IMG/VR virus record: IMGVR_UViG_3300038365_000082
Span: 1-48,561 of that record
Origin: a virus
Strand: one strand, 5' to 3'
Length of the DNA stretch: 48,561 bases
Shown in pieces: positions 19,101-27,484 of this stretch; position 1 is the stretch's first letter, and the number at the start of each line of letters is the position of its first letter. The notes below the pieces were generated by a model. That model was not told the origin of the DNA and did no database searches. It saw only the letters and a program-made list of their open reading frames with translations. The position numbers and the translations under genes are program-made.

Positions 19101-19721
19101 TGGGATCGGCGTGATCGCCCGGTAGAGTGGGGCGTCGAGGAGCGAGGCCGACGACATGCGCGGGAGCCCGGCGGCGAACGCGTCCTGTGCGATCGATGCC
19201 TGCGCCCCAACCTGGTAGTATGCCGGGGTGTCGCTGCCCGGGTCCGGGAGGATACCGTGTTCGTCGGGGTTTTTCGTGAAGGTAGCCGCGTCGCGGGCGT
19301 AGATTTCGCGGAGGAACCCGGATGAGTCCGGCACGAGCTCCAGCACCCCTGCGTCGATGGTGAGGATATCAGCGAGGACCTCTTTGCAGAGCGTGTCAAA
19401 TGTCGCCGGGTTCCGCGAGAAACCTCCATCGAGGAAGTCGATCACGGCGTCGCAGGCGGCGAAATGCTTGCTCGTCGGGGCGTCGATAGTCGGGACCACG
19501 CCCCACTCAGTCGTCGTCACCTGCCCCTTGATCGCGAGCATGGGGATAGAGACGGTGTGCGAGCGGGAGAACCGTCGGATCGTCTGCAGGTCCTCGTAGC
19601 GCGGGACGCCTCTCCCTGGAGTATACCAGATCGACTGCGAGAGGTCGAGCGCCCGCGGGGTGCCGGCGCCGTTGAGCGCCCGGGCGCCAGTGCCCTTGAT
19701 GCCTGGCGCGACTACTGCCAT
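16173..19721 (-). CDS. Portal protein fused to MuF/gp7-like head morphogenesis domain and C-terminal HTH; contains an intein
   Basis: Portal motifs (YGWSRV, VPEGILNL, VWMCFGVSANEVG, STPNRI); MuF motif ARTEIMGA...KTW...FNCMC; HTH KNQTAEHLGISKATLYEWRK. Confidence 0.88.
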   Translation of the reverse strand: MAVVAPGIKGTGARALNGAGTPRALDLSQSIWYTPGRGVPRYEDLQTIRRFSRSHTVSIPMLAIKGQVTTTEWGVVPTIDAPTSKHFAACDAVIDFLDGGFSRNPATFDTLCKEVLADILTIDAGVLELVPDSSGFLREIYARDAATFTKNPDEHGILPDPGSDTPAYYQVGAQASIAQDAFAAGLPRMSSASLLDAPLYRAITPIPFSRDQIVWIEENPSTDRQYGWSRVQMAHRLIEILLNQDISNLKYFPQNEVPEGILNLPGLSNDNLTRFREYWKEEIVGRPHKLALMNSTDATWIPFRASPKELEFLASQEWYNNLVWMCFGVSANEVGYVQDVNRSCYSEDTEVLTENGWKLHPDVVPGERIVVHDPETGECRLEVPGPLHVYYADEALVRFASNGQDILITQEHKILYRGGKTQNNTPRGPRPKIVPRAWKVAPAKDLVGASRVNVKSGADAWVGEDMEISDDYLRFLGWAISEGGLSSVHRAMGKKRKVRSDRLLGYSVMTLTQSNKNSENVAEIRRVLKAVGAEYREYQDVRDNTTRWNVYGDHLIEPLFDSIGAYCGEKRIPRPCLNLPPDRLRPLFEALMAGDGSWDARENRACGYYSTTSPGLADDIQELAFKLGYGTKRTVHYDGDERRQTCYRILIREDHERTVYRPRLEPYTGFVYCFSTSTGFYVTRRNGCVAVQGNTAQEQAEAVWRRTTVPLLELLAGAINRSILPFLEAYWDVDGEIEFRWDPHNPIIERQKRAEQESDLRLGLSTPNRILVERGEEPVPWGDMPLALVDSLVRMHPEWFARELVGIENAPEPLYGGGLLLAAQSPVTKALVDLKAAPDDEPEEWRSRIEALHRRVAGVFDDALQGLRPAIEAAFPAERSEDGAKPLVDLDAVLDQITIAEDLLAATAEPRADALRHGIDLESRRLEEELESRVGKGLYRVTIVKDFDVTQTFAFRLLQQRAARNMRGVEDSIRDLVRTSLTGVVERGGNVSDAWLALQRDVSGMTSDHAWLVARTEIMGAQRYGKQALAEETEHLLKGKTWRARKIPGRSRQWHSVMDGVTVPVRESFVVPATGAKGQPKDYPKQCYVVGEDQPFNCMCDQRLSLKDDLPDTAQELRGVKGLTLEPLTKQAAVLLEHGRPHESLKDLLLRMEQTMSKNQTAEHLGISKATLYEWRKSEGIE
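16195..16301. repeat. 107-bp direct repeat, copy inside the portal gene
   Basis: Exact match to 14165-14271. Confidence 0.97.
17640..18692 (-). mobile_element. Intein (351 aa) with LAGLIDADG-like homing endonuclease
   Basis: Block A CYSEDTEVLTENGWK, block C FLGWAISEG, block E LMAGDGS, terminal FYVTRRNG..VQGN followed by Thr; exteins rejoin as VNRS|TAQEQ. Confidence 0.92.
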
Positions 19722-20062
19722 CCGCCCTCCTCTGCCCGCTTGACGATCGGGGCGAGATGCCTGCGGATATCCTCCGGGGAGAGCTTGCGGATCTCGGCGA
19801 TGTCCCGACAGACCACGTGGAGCGCCTTGGGCCCCCTCTGCCCGATGCTCTCGGCGATGCTTGCGATCTGGTCGTCGGTCGTGCTCTCTCTGCAGATCCA
19901 GACGTAAACCCGATCGGGGGCGTCGTGGAGCGTCTCCAGCATCTCGACGGGGTCTGCCGGCCGCGGCACCCGGACCTCGTGGATCTCCGGCACGAGCCGG
20001 ACCGGGGGCTCGACGCGGAGGAGCCGGGCGAGCGTTGTGATGAATTGCTGTCTGATTGTCAC
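19712..20062 (-). CDS. Hypothetical protein between terminase and portal
   Basis: GTG 20062 with GGAGG SD; overlaps the portal start. Confidence 0.65.
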   Translation of the reverse strand: MTIRQQFITTLARLLRVEPPVRLVPEIHEVRVPRPADPVEMLETLHDAPDRVYVWICRESTTDDQIASIAESIGQRGPKALHVVCRDIAEIRKLSPEDIRRHLAPIVKRAEEGGWQ

Positions 20063-20072
20063 AGTGTGCCTC

Positions 20073-21320
20073 CTACAATGCGAAAAAGGCGAACTCCTCG
20101 ACGGGTTCGGCGAGTTCGGTGATCGCCCATACGAGCGCGTCCATGCGGTCCGGGGACTCGTCGCCGGGGAGCCACTCACACATTTGATCTTCGAGTTCGG
20201 GGAACGCGCCGACGTGGTGGACCTCCCCCTTCTCGTAGAGGGCAGCGATCGGCTCGGCCCGGATGTATTTCCCCCGGCTCGCGGAGACCTTTTTGAACGG
20301 GAGGTTCTTGCTGACCGTGCGGAGGTTCACCTCGACGAGGTCGCCGCCGTTGTTCACCTCGCCGACGACCCTGTCCGCGCCGTGCTTGTCGACGGCCCAT
20401 GCGACCTGCCGCGCCCAGTCGAGCGGGGTGCCCCGGACGGAGTAGTCCCCGAGCACGTAGAGGTGGCCGGCGGCGTCCTTGCCGACGACGACGATCCCGG
20501 TCTCGTCGCTCGTCTCGCTCCCGGTGACGGCGGGGTCCACGCCGACGACGATCCGGGCGAGGGGTGGTGGAGCGCCGACGTGCCGGTGCTCGTCGATCAT
20601 GCTCCGCTTCCAGAGCGCGCCCTCCGGGTCGTCGAGCCACTCGCCTTTGAGGAACCGGCGCCGCTTGCGTTCCGGTAGAGCGGCGAGGGTGTCCTCGATG
20701 TAGCCGTCCGGCAGGTTCTCCCGGTTGTCGATCGGGTTCATGTTGAGGACAGCATAGCGGTCCGGGTTCGGGACGGGGACGCGGGTCTCCGGGTCGAGGT
20801 GCTCCAGAAAGAGTTTGTAGAGCCAATGGGATTTGGTTGGCGGGTTGCAGTCCACGTACGCCCTGTTCACGAGATCCGTCTTCTGCGCGAGACGGGTCTG
20901 CGCCGTGGTGTAAGCGTGGTAAGAGATTTGGGACGACTCGTTGTAGTAGATCGTCGCATACTCCATGCCGAGGATCTTCTCGACCCGCTCGTCGTCGTCG
21001 AGCCCACCGAGCCAGATCTCGCTGCCGTTGGGGAGGGTGAAAAACCAGTCCGTCCGGTCGAGGGTGTACGGGGTGCCGATGAGTTTGAGTACCTTCGGCA
21101 TCGTGTCTCGTCCGACCGCGTTCTTGACGTCGCGGAAGTGGAATCGGGTTATCAGGTGCCGGGAGCCTGCGGCCTTGAGTGCCCGGACCGCGATGGCATA
21201 GCAGGCGATGAACGTCTTGCCGCTCCGGGAGCCGCCGGAGAGCAGAATGGTGCGGATCTCCGGGTCGCTCATGAGGGCGATCGCCTGTCGCTGCTTGGGG
21301 GTCTTCTTGATACCACTCAC
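20073..21320 (-). CDS. terL: Terminase large subunit
   Basis: Walker A GGSRSGKT, YYNE Walker B, VGVDPA...DETGIVVVG nuclease motif, PDRMDALVWA. Confidence 0.95.
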   Translation of the reverse strand: MSGIKKTPKQRQAIALMSDPEIRTILLSGGSRSGKTFIACYAIAVRALKAAGSRHLITRFHFRDVKNAVGRDTMPKVLKLIGTPYTLDRTDWFFTLPNGSEIWLGGLDDDERVEKILGMEYATIYYNESSQISYHAYTTAQTRLAQKTDLVNRAYVDCNPPTKSHWLYKLFLEHLDPETRVPVPNPDRYAVLNMNPIDNRENLPDGYIEDTLAALPERKRRRFLKGEWLDDPEGALWKRSMIDEHRHVGAPPPLARIVVGVDPAVTGSETSDETGIVVVGKDAAGHLYVLGDYSVRGTPLDWARQVAWAVDKHGADRVVGEVNNGGDLVEVNLRTVSKNLPFKKVSASRGKYIRAEPIAALYEKGEVHHVGAFPELEDQMCEWLPGDESPDRMDALVWAITELAEPVEEFAFFAL

Positions 21321-21733
21321 AGCCCCTCGTCCTCCTTGTCGAAGTGGAGCGTGGCGATGCCGTTCACATCGACCTTCTCCGCCGCATCCAGTCCGAGCAG
21401 TTTCGCCCGGCGTTCCATGATGCGGAGGCATCGGTCGATCGCCGGGACGTTGCCCCCCTCGACCTCTGCGTAAGCGACGAGGTAGAGTGCGTCGAGCCGC
21501 TGGAGTTCGAGGTCGCGGACCTGTGCCGCCTCCTCCCGGCATTTGTCGGCGAGGTTTTCCAATTCTGATAAGACATAGCGGCAGGCGGTGCTCCGGGCGC
21601 ACCCTAACTTCTCGCCGATCTGGGTGTAGTTCATCCCCCGCTTCCTGAGTTCAAGCGCCTTGAGTGTCTTCTCGGTGGTGCGGATGCGGCGGACGGAGCT
21701 CTTCGCGGCCGCACCGACGTTCGTCCGAGGCAC
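21317..21733 (-). CDS. terS: Terminase small subunit (HTH)
   Basis: ALELRKRG.NY.QIG..LG HTH; IMERRAKLLGLDA; directly upstream of terL. Confidence 0.85.
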   Translation of the reverse strand: MPRTNVGAAAKSSVRRIRTTEKTLKALELRKRGMNYTQIGEKLGCARSTACRYVLSELENLADKCREEAAQVRDLELQRLDALYLVAYAEVEGGNVPAIDRCLRIMERRAKLLGLDAAEKVDVNGIATLHFDKEDEGL

Positions 21734-21739
21734 CGACTA

Positions 21740-22168
21740 TCACCACCCGAGCAGATGCCCACCCGTCTCCAGGCTGCCGGTGGCCCCGAGGATCGCCAGG
21801 GCGACGACAATTCGAGGCACCCAGAACGCCGCCTTGTAGTAATGGTATTCGGTTTCCAGGTCCCGCTTGAGCTCCGGCGAGAGGTCCTCCTTCGCGATCT
21901 CACTGTACCCGAGCGGCCGCAGCCGGATGCAGGAATGGATGAGCCCGAACCCGAGCGCGTGGATCTCCTCGTAGACGTTGCAGAACTCAGCGAGAAGAGA
22001 TGGGGGAGCATCGCGGATATTGATCCACATCGAGTCATCTTCGCCGACGAGAGTGATCCGACACTCGCCGGTCTCGCGGTTGATCTCGCCCCGGGTCCGG
22101 ACATAACCATCCTCCCGGAGCAGGGCGATGATCCGTTCGGCGACCTGGCGCCGCTTGTCAAGGGCCAT
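21740..22168 (-). CDS. Hypothetical protein with C-terminal hydrophobic segment
   Basis: 142 aa ORF after an AT-rich intergenic stretch. Confidence 0.6.
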   Translation of the reverse strand: MALDKRRQVAERIIALLREDGYVRTRGEINRETGECRITLVGEDDSMWINIRDAPPSLLAEFCNVYEEIHALGFGLIHSCIRLRPLGYSEIAKEDLSPELKRDLETEYHYYKAAFWVPRIVVALAILGATGSLETGGHLLGW

Positions 22169-22213
22169 ACAATCAGGAGAGTATAGGCTCCCCGAATAGA
22201 AAAATAGAGTAGA

Positions 22214-22390
22214 TTATGGCGTTTTCGCCACTTTCGCCGGTTTAACCAGTTTCGCCAGTTTCGCCTGCCGCCACTCGGCGAGGACTTGTCCGACGACCTC
22301 GGCCCTGGTGAGGACCTCGCCGGGCTTGAGGAGATAACAGAGCCGGGCGATATCGGCGGCGTCCTCGTGAGATATCTCAATCCGCGGCAT
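22214..22390 (-). CDS. Small (58 aa) possible RHH-type protein, not in ORF track
   Basis: MPRIEISHEDAADIARLCYLLKPGEVLTRAEVVGQVLAEWRQAKL...; GAGGAGG upstream. Confidence 0.55.
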   Translation of the reverse strand: MPRIEISHEDAADIARLCYLLKPGEVLTRAEVVGQVLAEWRQAKLAKLVKPAKVAKTP

Positions 22391-22799
22391 GGGGGCTCGC
22401 CTCCTCGGTCAGCATATCGTAGATGGGGAGCATGTCCGCCGGCATCGGCCGGATCTCCTCGGCGATGTAGCGGTAGACTGGGAGCCCGAGAGCCCGGGCG
22501 AGCCGGTATTCTTGGAGGGCGCCCGGGGACTTGGTCCACGACCCGACCATGCAGATCGCGTCGGCCCGGCGGAGGAGTTCGAGGTCCCCCCGGATCCACG
22601 TCTCGTAGGGGATGCCGGCGGCGTGCTCGAACCCGGCGCAGTTTTTATGCGGGCACAGGGTCGCCCACCCGTCCCGCCAGGCGATGAGGGCCGCCTCGGA
22701 TGCAAGCAGGATGTTTTTCGGGATGCCGTGCACCGGGTCCGGGTGCGAGAAGGGGCCGCTGATGTAGAGGACGCGGGGGCCGGAGGCGGTCGGGGTCAG
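22377..22799 (-). CDS. DUF4406/DUF1937-like protein (nucleoside deoxyribosyltransferase-like fold)
   Basis: LYISGP...CPH...W...DLELLRRADAI.M...W..S.GA..E motif; start uncertain. Confidence 0.78.
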   Translation of the reverse strand: MTPTASGPRVLYISGPFSHPDPVHGIPKNILLASEAALIAWRDGWATLCPHKNCAGFEHAAGIPYETWIRGDLELLRRADAICMVGSWTKSPGALQEYRLARALGLPVYRYIAEEIRPMPADMLPIYDMLTEEASPHAAD

Positions 22800-22933
22800 A
22801 GCACCACCTCCGAACCGCACTCGTTGCACCGATAGATCGCCTGCCACCCCTCCGGGCAGTCCAGTGGCACGTCCACCTCGCGCACGTTTTCCACCCATGT
22901 GAGCGACTCCGATCCGCAGTAGGGGCACCTCAT
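22796..22933 (-). CDS. Small zinc-ribbon protein
   Basis: MRCPYCGS...YRCNECG. Confidence 0.7.
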   Translation of the reverse strand: MRCPYCGSESLTWVENVREVDVPLDCPEGWQAIYRCNECGSEVVL

Positions 22934-23181
22934 ATCCGCCTCCCGTCGGTCGTGCTCCGTGCATAGCGTGGTGGACCGTGCAGGTCGATGGTCGCGGGGG
23001 GTCGCCAGTCGGGACCCTCCTGCTCCAGCGGGCACCAGGCTGGGATCACGAAGAAGTCCTCAAACAGGCGGAGTGTCTGCACCCCATCGATGTCCACGAG
23101 GGCCTCAGGGTGTCGACACCCTCGGGAGCCGTAGGCGTGGGGGCAGCGGTCGCATGTCTCGACGCGAATGATCCGGGTCAT
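22930..23181 (-). CDS. Small Cys-rich hypothetical protein
   Basis: MTRIIRVETCDRCPH...C...WCPL; ATGA overlaps at both ends. Confidence 0.65.
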   Translation of the reverse strand: MTRIIRVETCDRCPHAYGSRGCRHPEALVDIDGVQTLRLFEDFFVIPAWCPLEQEGPDWRPPATIDLHGPPRYARSTTDGRRI

Positions 23182-23603
23182 GACCGCTCGCCTCCTGTCA
23201 GCCCCTCGGCGAGGTTCTCCCATCGGTGATCGTCGTTGAAACCATACCGTTCCCGGATCTCCCGTATCAACCGGATCAGGTCCGACCACCGGAGCACCGC
23301 GAGAGGCTCTTTGCGAGACTGCTTCACCAGGAGGAGTGGGGTCAACCCTTCCTTCTCGGCGTTCGTGCTGCATTGTTCCCACCACGCCGGGAGGGCGAGC
23401 CGCTCCTGGTGCTTGCACTCGACTCCGAATGGGAACCGCCCCCGTGCCGCCGGTGAGAGGTAGAGGTCGCAGCCCGCCTGTCCCATCGCCGTCGAGAGGA
23501 CGTCGCCTTCCGGGACCCCGAGATGATCGATCAGGTCCTGCCGGACCGCCTGCTGGAACCGCCTGCCCTTGGCCTTGCGGGAGGCAGGGGTAGTAGCGAC
23601 CAC
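23178..23603 (-). CDS. Holliday-junction-resolvase-like PD-(D/E)XK endonuclease
   Basis: KAKG..FQ...G.D...VECK motif. Confidence 0.8.
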   Translation of the reverse strand: MVATTPASRKAKGRRFQQAVRQDLIDHLGVPEGDVLSTAMGQAGCDLYLSPAARGRFPFGVECKHQERLALPAWWEQCSTNAEKEGLTPLLLVKQSRKEPLAVLRWSDLIRLIREIRERYGFNDDHRWENLAEGLTGGERS

Positions 23604-23869
23604 TCAGACCCCCCCTGTGGGGACATTGTCCCGCATGCATTGTCTCAGATTCGACGAGGGGCACGAGGGGCGGGGATGCTCTACCGGGATCGGGGATCTC
23701 CGGGAGAGGTCGGGGCGGGGTGACATGGCGCCCGATGTAGAGCAGTCCCGGTGGCGCGATATGGCGCGGGCCGAGGTGCTCGTGAGCGACCCGCCGCCCC
23801 GAGTAACACTTTCTCGATTTGTGATGGTGTCGAAGTGCCGGTCGACAGTGCAGAGGATATGCACTCAGA

Positions 23870-24180
23870 TCGCCCCCGGTACGAGTGGGGTATTTAGGGC
23901 ACATAGTTTCGTAACTTTTACTATACCCCCCCCACATGGGAAAATTACGATCCTATATGCCCTATATGCCCAAAACCCTCTCACGGGCACGAAGGGCACA
24001 AAATTCTGAAAACTTTTCCGAAACACGGAGTTTAGAAACTCCTGAAACCTCATACCCTTCGTGCCTTTTGGGGTATTTGGGGCACCAAATTTCAGAAAGT
24101 TTCTCAGACCTCTAACATCTGAAACACTTTCTGTTTTTTCATGCCCTTCCTGCCCTGCCGAAAACCCCCGCCCAGGCTGG
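23870..24180. promoter_or_regulatory. Putative replication origin (AT-rich, GGCAC/GTGCC iterons)
   Basis: Non-coding AT-rich tract just downstream of the helicase; inverted repeat GGCACGAAGGG 23986-23996 / 24055-24065; tandem CCTATATGC. Confidence 0.55.
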
Positions 24181-24192
24181 TGATAATCCATC

Positions 24193-26844
24193 TCAAAGAC
24201 CTGCCTGTAATGTCCCTTCCGTAGCATCTTCTTCTGCCTCCGTAGCACTCTTTATGCGTATGCCTGTCCAGCACATGGCCCCGCCGAGCTTCCTCTCACC
24301 GAACCCTCGCTCCCGGAGATACTTGATCACCGCCCGGTTGCTGACCGGTTTTTCGCCCTCGTCCTCGCACCATTTCAGGTAGATCTTGTAGAGCGCAGAC
24401 CGCTCGATCGTTCCCATCGGGTCCGTCTTCATCTCCTGCGCCAGGAACCGCCCGACCATATCACTCTCCGACCGGAACCGGGCCGTTGCCGCGACGACCT
24501 TTGCCGGGGGCGCGAGCCGACGGCCGTTCTCCAGGTAGCGCCGGAGCCCCTCGATACACCAGTTCAGGATACCTGATCCTTCCGCCTCCAGCTTATCGAG
24601 GATGCCCGGGTCGCGCAGGTCCTCCGGGATCGTGACGACGAACGGCAACAGCCACAACCGCCGCCAGATCCCCTCATCAGTCCCCCTGATCCGGGGCTCG
24701 TGGTTCGTCGCCAGGAAGACCTTCGCGCCCGGCCGGAACTGGAACTCGTTTTCATAGAGCCGCCGGACGGTGATCGCGTCGTCGCCGGTCAACTGCTTGA
24801 CCACGCTCTCCGCGAGATACGCGCCACTCTCGCCTTCCGACGCCGTGACGAGCCGCGCCCCGCACAGCCGGGCAAGGTCAGACCGCGGCCCCTCGCTCCG
24901 CTTCACCATCAGCGACTCAGCGGCGATATTGACGGCATAATCACCCCATACTCGCGCCAGCGCCCCGATCGTCACGCTTTTCCCATTCTTCCCCATGCCG
25001 TAGAGGATCGCCATGATCTGCTCCGGGTTGTCCTGCAGGAGCGAATACCCACAGAGCTCCTGAAAACCGCGAATATACGCCGCGTCCCCGCCGAACACCA
25101 GATCCAGGTGCGCGAGCCAGGTCGGGCACGTCGCCGCCGGGTCGTAATCCACCCCGCAGCACTTCGTCAGTAGGTCCTCCCGCCGCGCCTCCCGGAACGT
25201 CAGCGTATCGAGTTCGAGCGTCCCGTTCCGGCAGTTGAGTAACTCCGGCCGGGCGTCGAACTCATCAGGTGTCACTGCGACGGCCGGGGCAGCGCAGGCG
25301 ATCATGGCCTTGAGTCGCGAGAGCATCCCTGACGTGAGGGCCCATTTCCCGACTTTCTCGCGCCGGTCGTCTGTGGTCGCCGAAGCCTCGATATGGATCG
25401 TCCGGGCGACCCGCTTGGCTAATGCGAGCATCCGGCAGGTCTCGTCGCGCTCCCACCGCGAGCCGGACCAGATAAACCAGGCGTCGAACGTCTTGCAATA
25501 CCGGATCGAGTCCCGGTACTGCGCGACGAGCCGATCCCCGTTGCCGTCGTCGGTGCAGGGGAATTCCAGCCCGATCGCTGGTTCAGGGTCCGGGAGAGGC
25601 ACGCCGACATCGATTGCCCACTGTGCGACCAGAGCGTCCCGCTGCCTCCAGACCCCATCCTGTTCGGCGGCATACGCCCGGAGAACCCTCTCGGACCGGG
25701 CCGCGTCCTTGAGCCCTGCCCGGACCGCCTCGATCGGCTGATCGCAGAACCACGGCGGGAACTTAGCGCCGTAGTGCTCCAGAGTCTTGATGGTCCGCGT
25801 GAGGTCGTCGAGTCCTCCTGCGTCGAGGGTCAGCCGGTCGATCACCTCGTCGGGGAAGATCGGCTCGATCGCCTCGATCGCCTCGGCCGGGATGCTTAGA
25901 ATCCGTGCTGCCGGAACATCCTGATCCATCTCCCCCTCGGGGTAGATCTCCTCAACTGCGCTATCCGGGGTTTTATGGTCCGCCACTGGATTCTGGGGGA
26001 GAACATGGGCGTCCGCCACACATTCCGGCGCCACTGCGGGCGCTTCGCTCTGTTCACCATTTAGATCACACCGGGCCACTTTACACGGATCACGACCCAC
26101 TGAGAGAGCGCTTGCTGCCGCGGCCCCCGTGACCTTCTCCCCCGCATTGACGGGGCTAATCTCCGAAACCTCATTATACTCCCTCGATAATCTCCTTAAC
26201 TCTGCGTGCAACCTGATGTGCTCGCTCGGAGTTATCATCCTCAGATTCTCAATCCGGTTGTCATTCTTGATCCCGTTGATATGATGGATGACATATCCGG
26301 AGGGGATCGCCCCGTGGTGTTTCTCGTAGATATAGCGGTGCTCGAAAACGATCTTCTGCGCCTCGGCGTCCCACATCATCCGATACCCCTGAGGGGTCTC
26401 CCACGGACCTGGTTCGTGCGGCTGCGGGTAGTTGGAGACTCGCTGAATCCAATCCTCCGGAAGCACCTCAGTCATCGCCACTTCGAGCGACTCTTTGAGA
26501 TACTCTCGGAACTCCTGCACGCGATCCTTTTCCGCAGGAGCAGATGCTTGAATCGCCTTCCAGAACTCACCAACCACGCGCCCGGAAACCCGCGCGAACT
26601 GCCCGGCCGCGATCGCCGCCTGCACCTGCTCCGGCCACTTGCCCGCGAGGAGCAGCTCCACCCCGTCCGCAGTCCGGCGATCCCTCGGCGGCATCCAGTC
26701 CGTCCGGAGCGGGATGTAGATCGCGTCGTCGAGCTCGACAGCGGCGGCCATCCACTCTTGGACACGATCCCGGAGTGTCGCGTCGGTCAGCGCGGCGCGG
26801 AATGATTGGGATTCGGTTGGTATTTTCAGAACGATAGAACTCAC
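24193..26844 (-). CDS. D5/P4-family SF3 helicase with embedded HNH domain and no recognisable primase domain
   Basis: TDDGNGDRL (D5_N), G.GKNGKS Walker A, LATNHEP, GIWRRL; HNH motif EHRYIYE..HG.IP.GYVIHHING.KNDNRIENL; start GTG 26844 with AGGAGG. Confidence 0.88.
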   Translation of the reverse strand: MSSIVLKIPTESQSFRAALTDATLRDRVQEWMAAAVELDDAIYIPLRTDWMPPRDRRTADGVELLLAGKWPEQVQAAIAAGQFARVSGRVVGEFWKAIQASAPAEKDRVQEFREYLKESLEVAMTEVLPEDWIQRVSNYPQPHEPGPWETPQGYRMMWDAEAQKIVFEHRYIYEKHHGAIPSGYVIHHINGIKNDNRIENLRMITPSEHIRLHAELRRLSREYNEVSEISPVNAGEKVTGAAAASALSVGRDPCKVARCDLNGEQSEAPAVAPECVADAHVLPQNPVADHKTPDSAVEEIYPEGEMDQDVPAARILSIPAEAIEAIEPIFPDEVIDRLTLDAGGLDDLTRTIKTLEHYGAKFPPWFCDQPIEAVRAGLKDAARSERVLRAYAAEQDGVWRQRDALVAQWAIDVGVPLPDPEPAIGLEFPCTDDGNGDRLVAQYRDSIRYCKTFDAWFIWSGSRWERDETCRMLALAKRVARTIHIEASATTDDRREKVGKWALTSGMLSRLKAMIACAAPAVAVTPDEFDARPELLNCRNGTLELDTLTFREARREDLLTKCCGVDYDPAATCPTWLAHLDLVFGGDAAYIRGFQELCGYSLLQDNPEQIMAILYGMGKNGKSVTIGALARVWGDYAVNIAAESLMVKRSEGPRSDLARLCGARLVTASEGESGAYLAESVVKQLTGDDAITVRRLYENEFQFRPGAKVFLATNHEPRIRGTDEGIWRRLWLLPFVVTIPEDLRDPGILDKLEAEGSGILNWCIEGLRRYLENGRRLAPPAKVVAATARFRSESDMVGRFLAQEMKTDPMGTIERSALYKIYLKWCEDEGEKPVSNRAVIKYLRERGFGERKLGGAMCWTGIRIKSATEAEEDATEGTLQAGL

Positions 26845-27035
26845 TGTGTCGCCTCCTTTCGGGCGAAATAATCCCGCACGCGGTAGCACCGCTCCCGGAG
26901 CACCGCGACGTTGTTGCACCTGATGCCGGTCGGCGAATGCTGCCGACAGTACCAATCCCATTCCCCGCGCCGGTCGTCGTAGATCGGCGAGGGGCATCCG
27001 AGGCACCACTCCGGGGCGGCGAGGTTGTCGGTCAC
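26841..27035 (-). CDS. Small Cys-rich protein
   Basis: VTDNLAAPEWCLGCPS...; GTGA overlaps at both ends. Confidence 0.6.
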   Translation of the reverse strand: MTDNLAAPEWCLGCPSPIYDDRRGEWDWYCRQHSPTGIRCNNVAVLRERCYRVRDYFARKEATQ

Positions 27036-27442
27036 CACCTCACCACCTGCGCCTCGACGCCGTCCGCCGGGACCGTGTGCATCCCCAGGAGCACGTCGCG
27101 CAGCGCCTCGCCGGTCGGCGGCTCGATACCGTCGCGCCGTGCCAGGTCGTCGAGCGCTCGCCACGCATAGTACTCCTCATGCAGCGGCCCCGGGAACACG
27201 ATCCCGCCCGGCACGATCCGGATATTCCGCGCCGTCGTCAGCGGATAATACTCCGTCCGGAACGACCACGGCGATCGATATGGGCGCCCGCTCCAGCCGT
27301 GGAACGATACCAAATCCCCGATGCGGTACTTCGCCCCGGCCCGGATCGTCTGTCGGATCGTGCCGTCCCGGACGCCCGCGATCTTCGGCTCGTAGGTCAG
27401 CGGGATATTCCACTTCCGAGGCTTGCGCCAGGGGTCAGTCAC
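27032..27442 (-). CDS. ASCH/PUA-like domain protein
   Basis: I..G...QTIR......GD...F..W.G.P...A..DG motif. Confidence 0.7.
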   Translation of the reverse strand: MTDPWRKPRKWNIPLTYEPKIAGVRDGTIRQTIRAGAKYRIGDLVSFHGWSGRPYRSPWSFRTEYYPLTTARNIRIVPGGIVFPGPLHEEYYAWRALDDLARRDGIEPPTGEALRDVLLGMHTVPADGVEAQVVRW

Positions 27443-27484
27443 GCGACCACCGCCCGCGCCGTGCCTCGCCTACAGAGATGAATG

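Noticed and set aside
21321-21602. N-terminal extension of terL in the ORF track
   Set aside because: Overlaps terS out of frame; the GTGA-coupled start at 21320 is more plausible. Similar over-extensions were trimmed for the helicase, tail tube, Dit and 22930-23937.
22170-22215. 9-nt match (TACTCTATT) between the inter-repeat insert and the region upstream of the terminase operon, suggesting self-regulation
   Set aside because: Too short to exceed chance in AT-rich DNA, and no fitting PAM or seed alignment.
22222-22268. Fourfold TTTCGCC repeat as iterons
   Set aside because: Explained by Ala-Lys repeats at the end of the small ORF 22214-22390; a regulatory role cannot be supported.
23604-23864. 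86-aa ORF between origin and resolvase
   Set aside because: Ser/Arg/Pro-rich with no motif and competing overlapping ORFs; coding status cannot be supported.
26150-26420. HNH segment as an intein or group I intron
   Set aside because: No Cys/Ser block A or His/Gly-Asn block G, and the reading frame is continuous.
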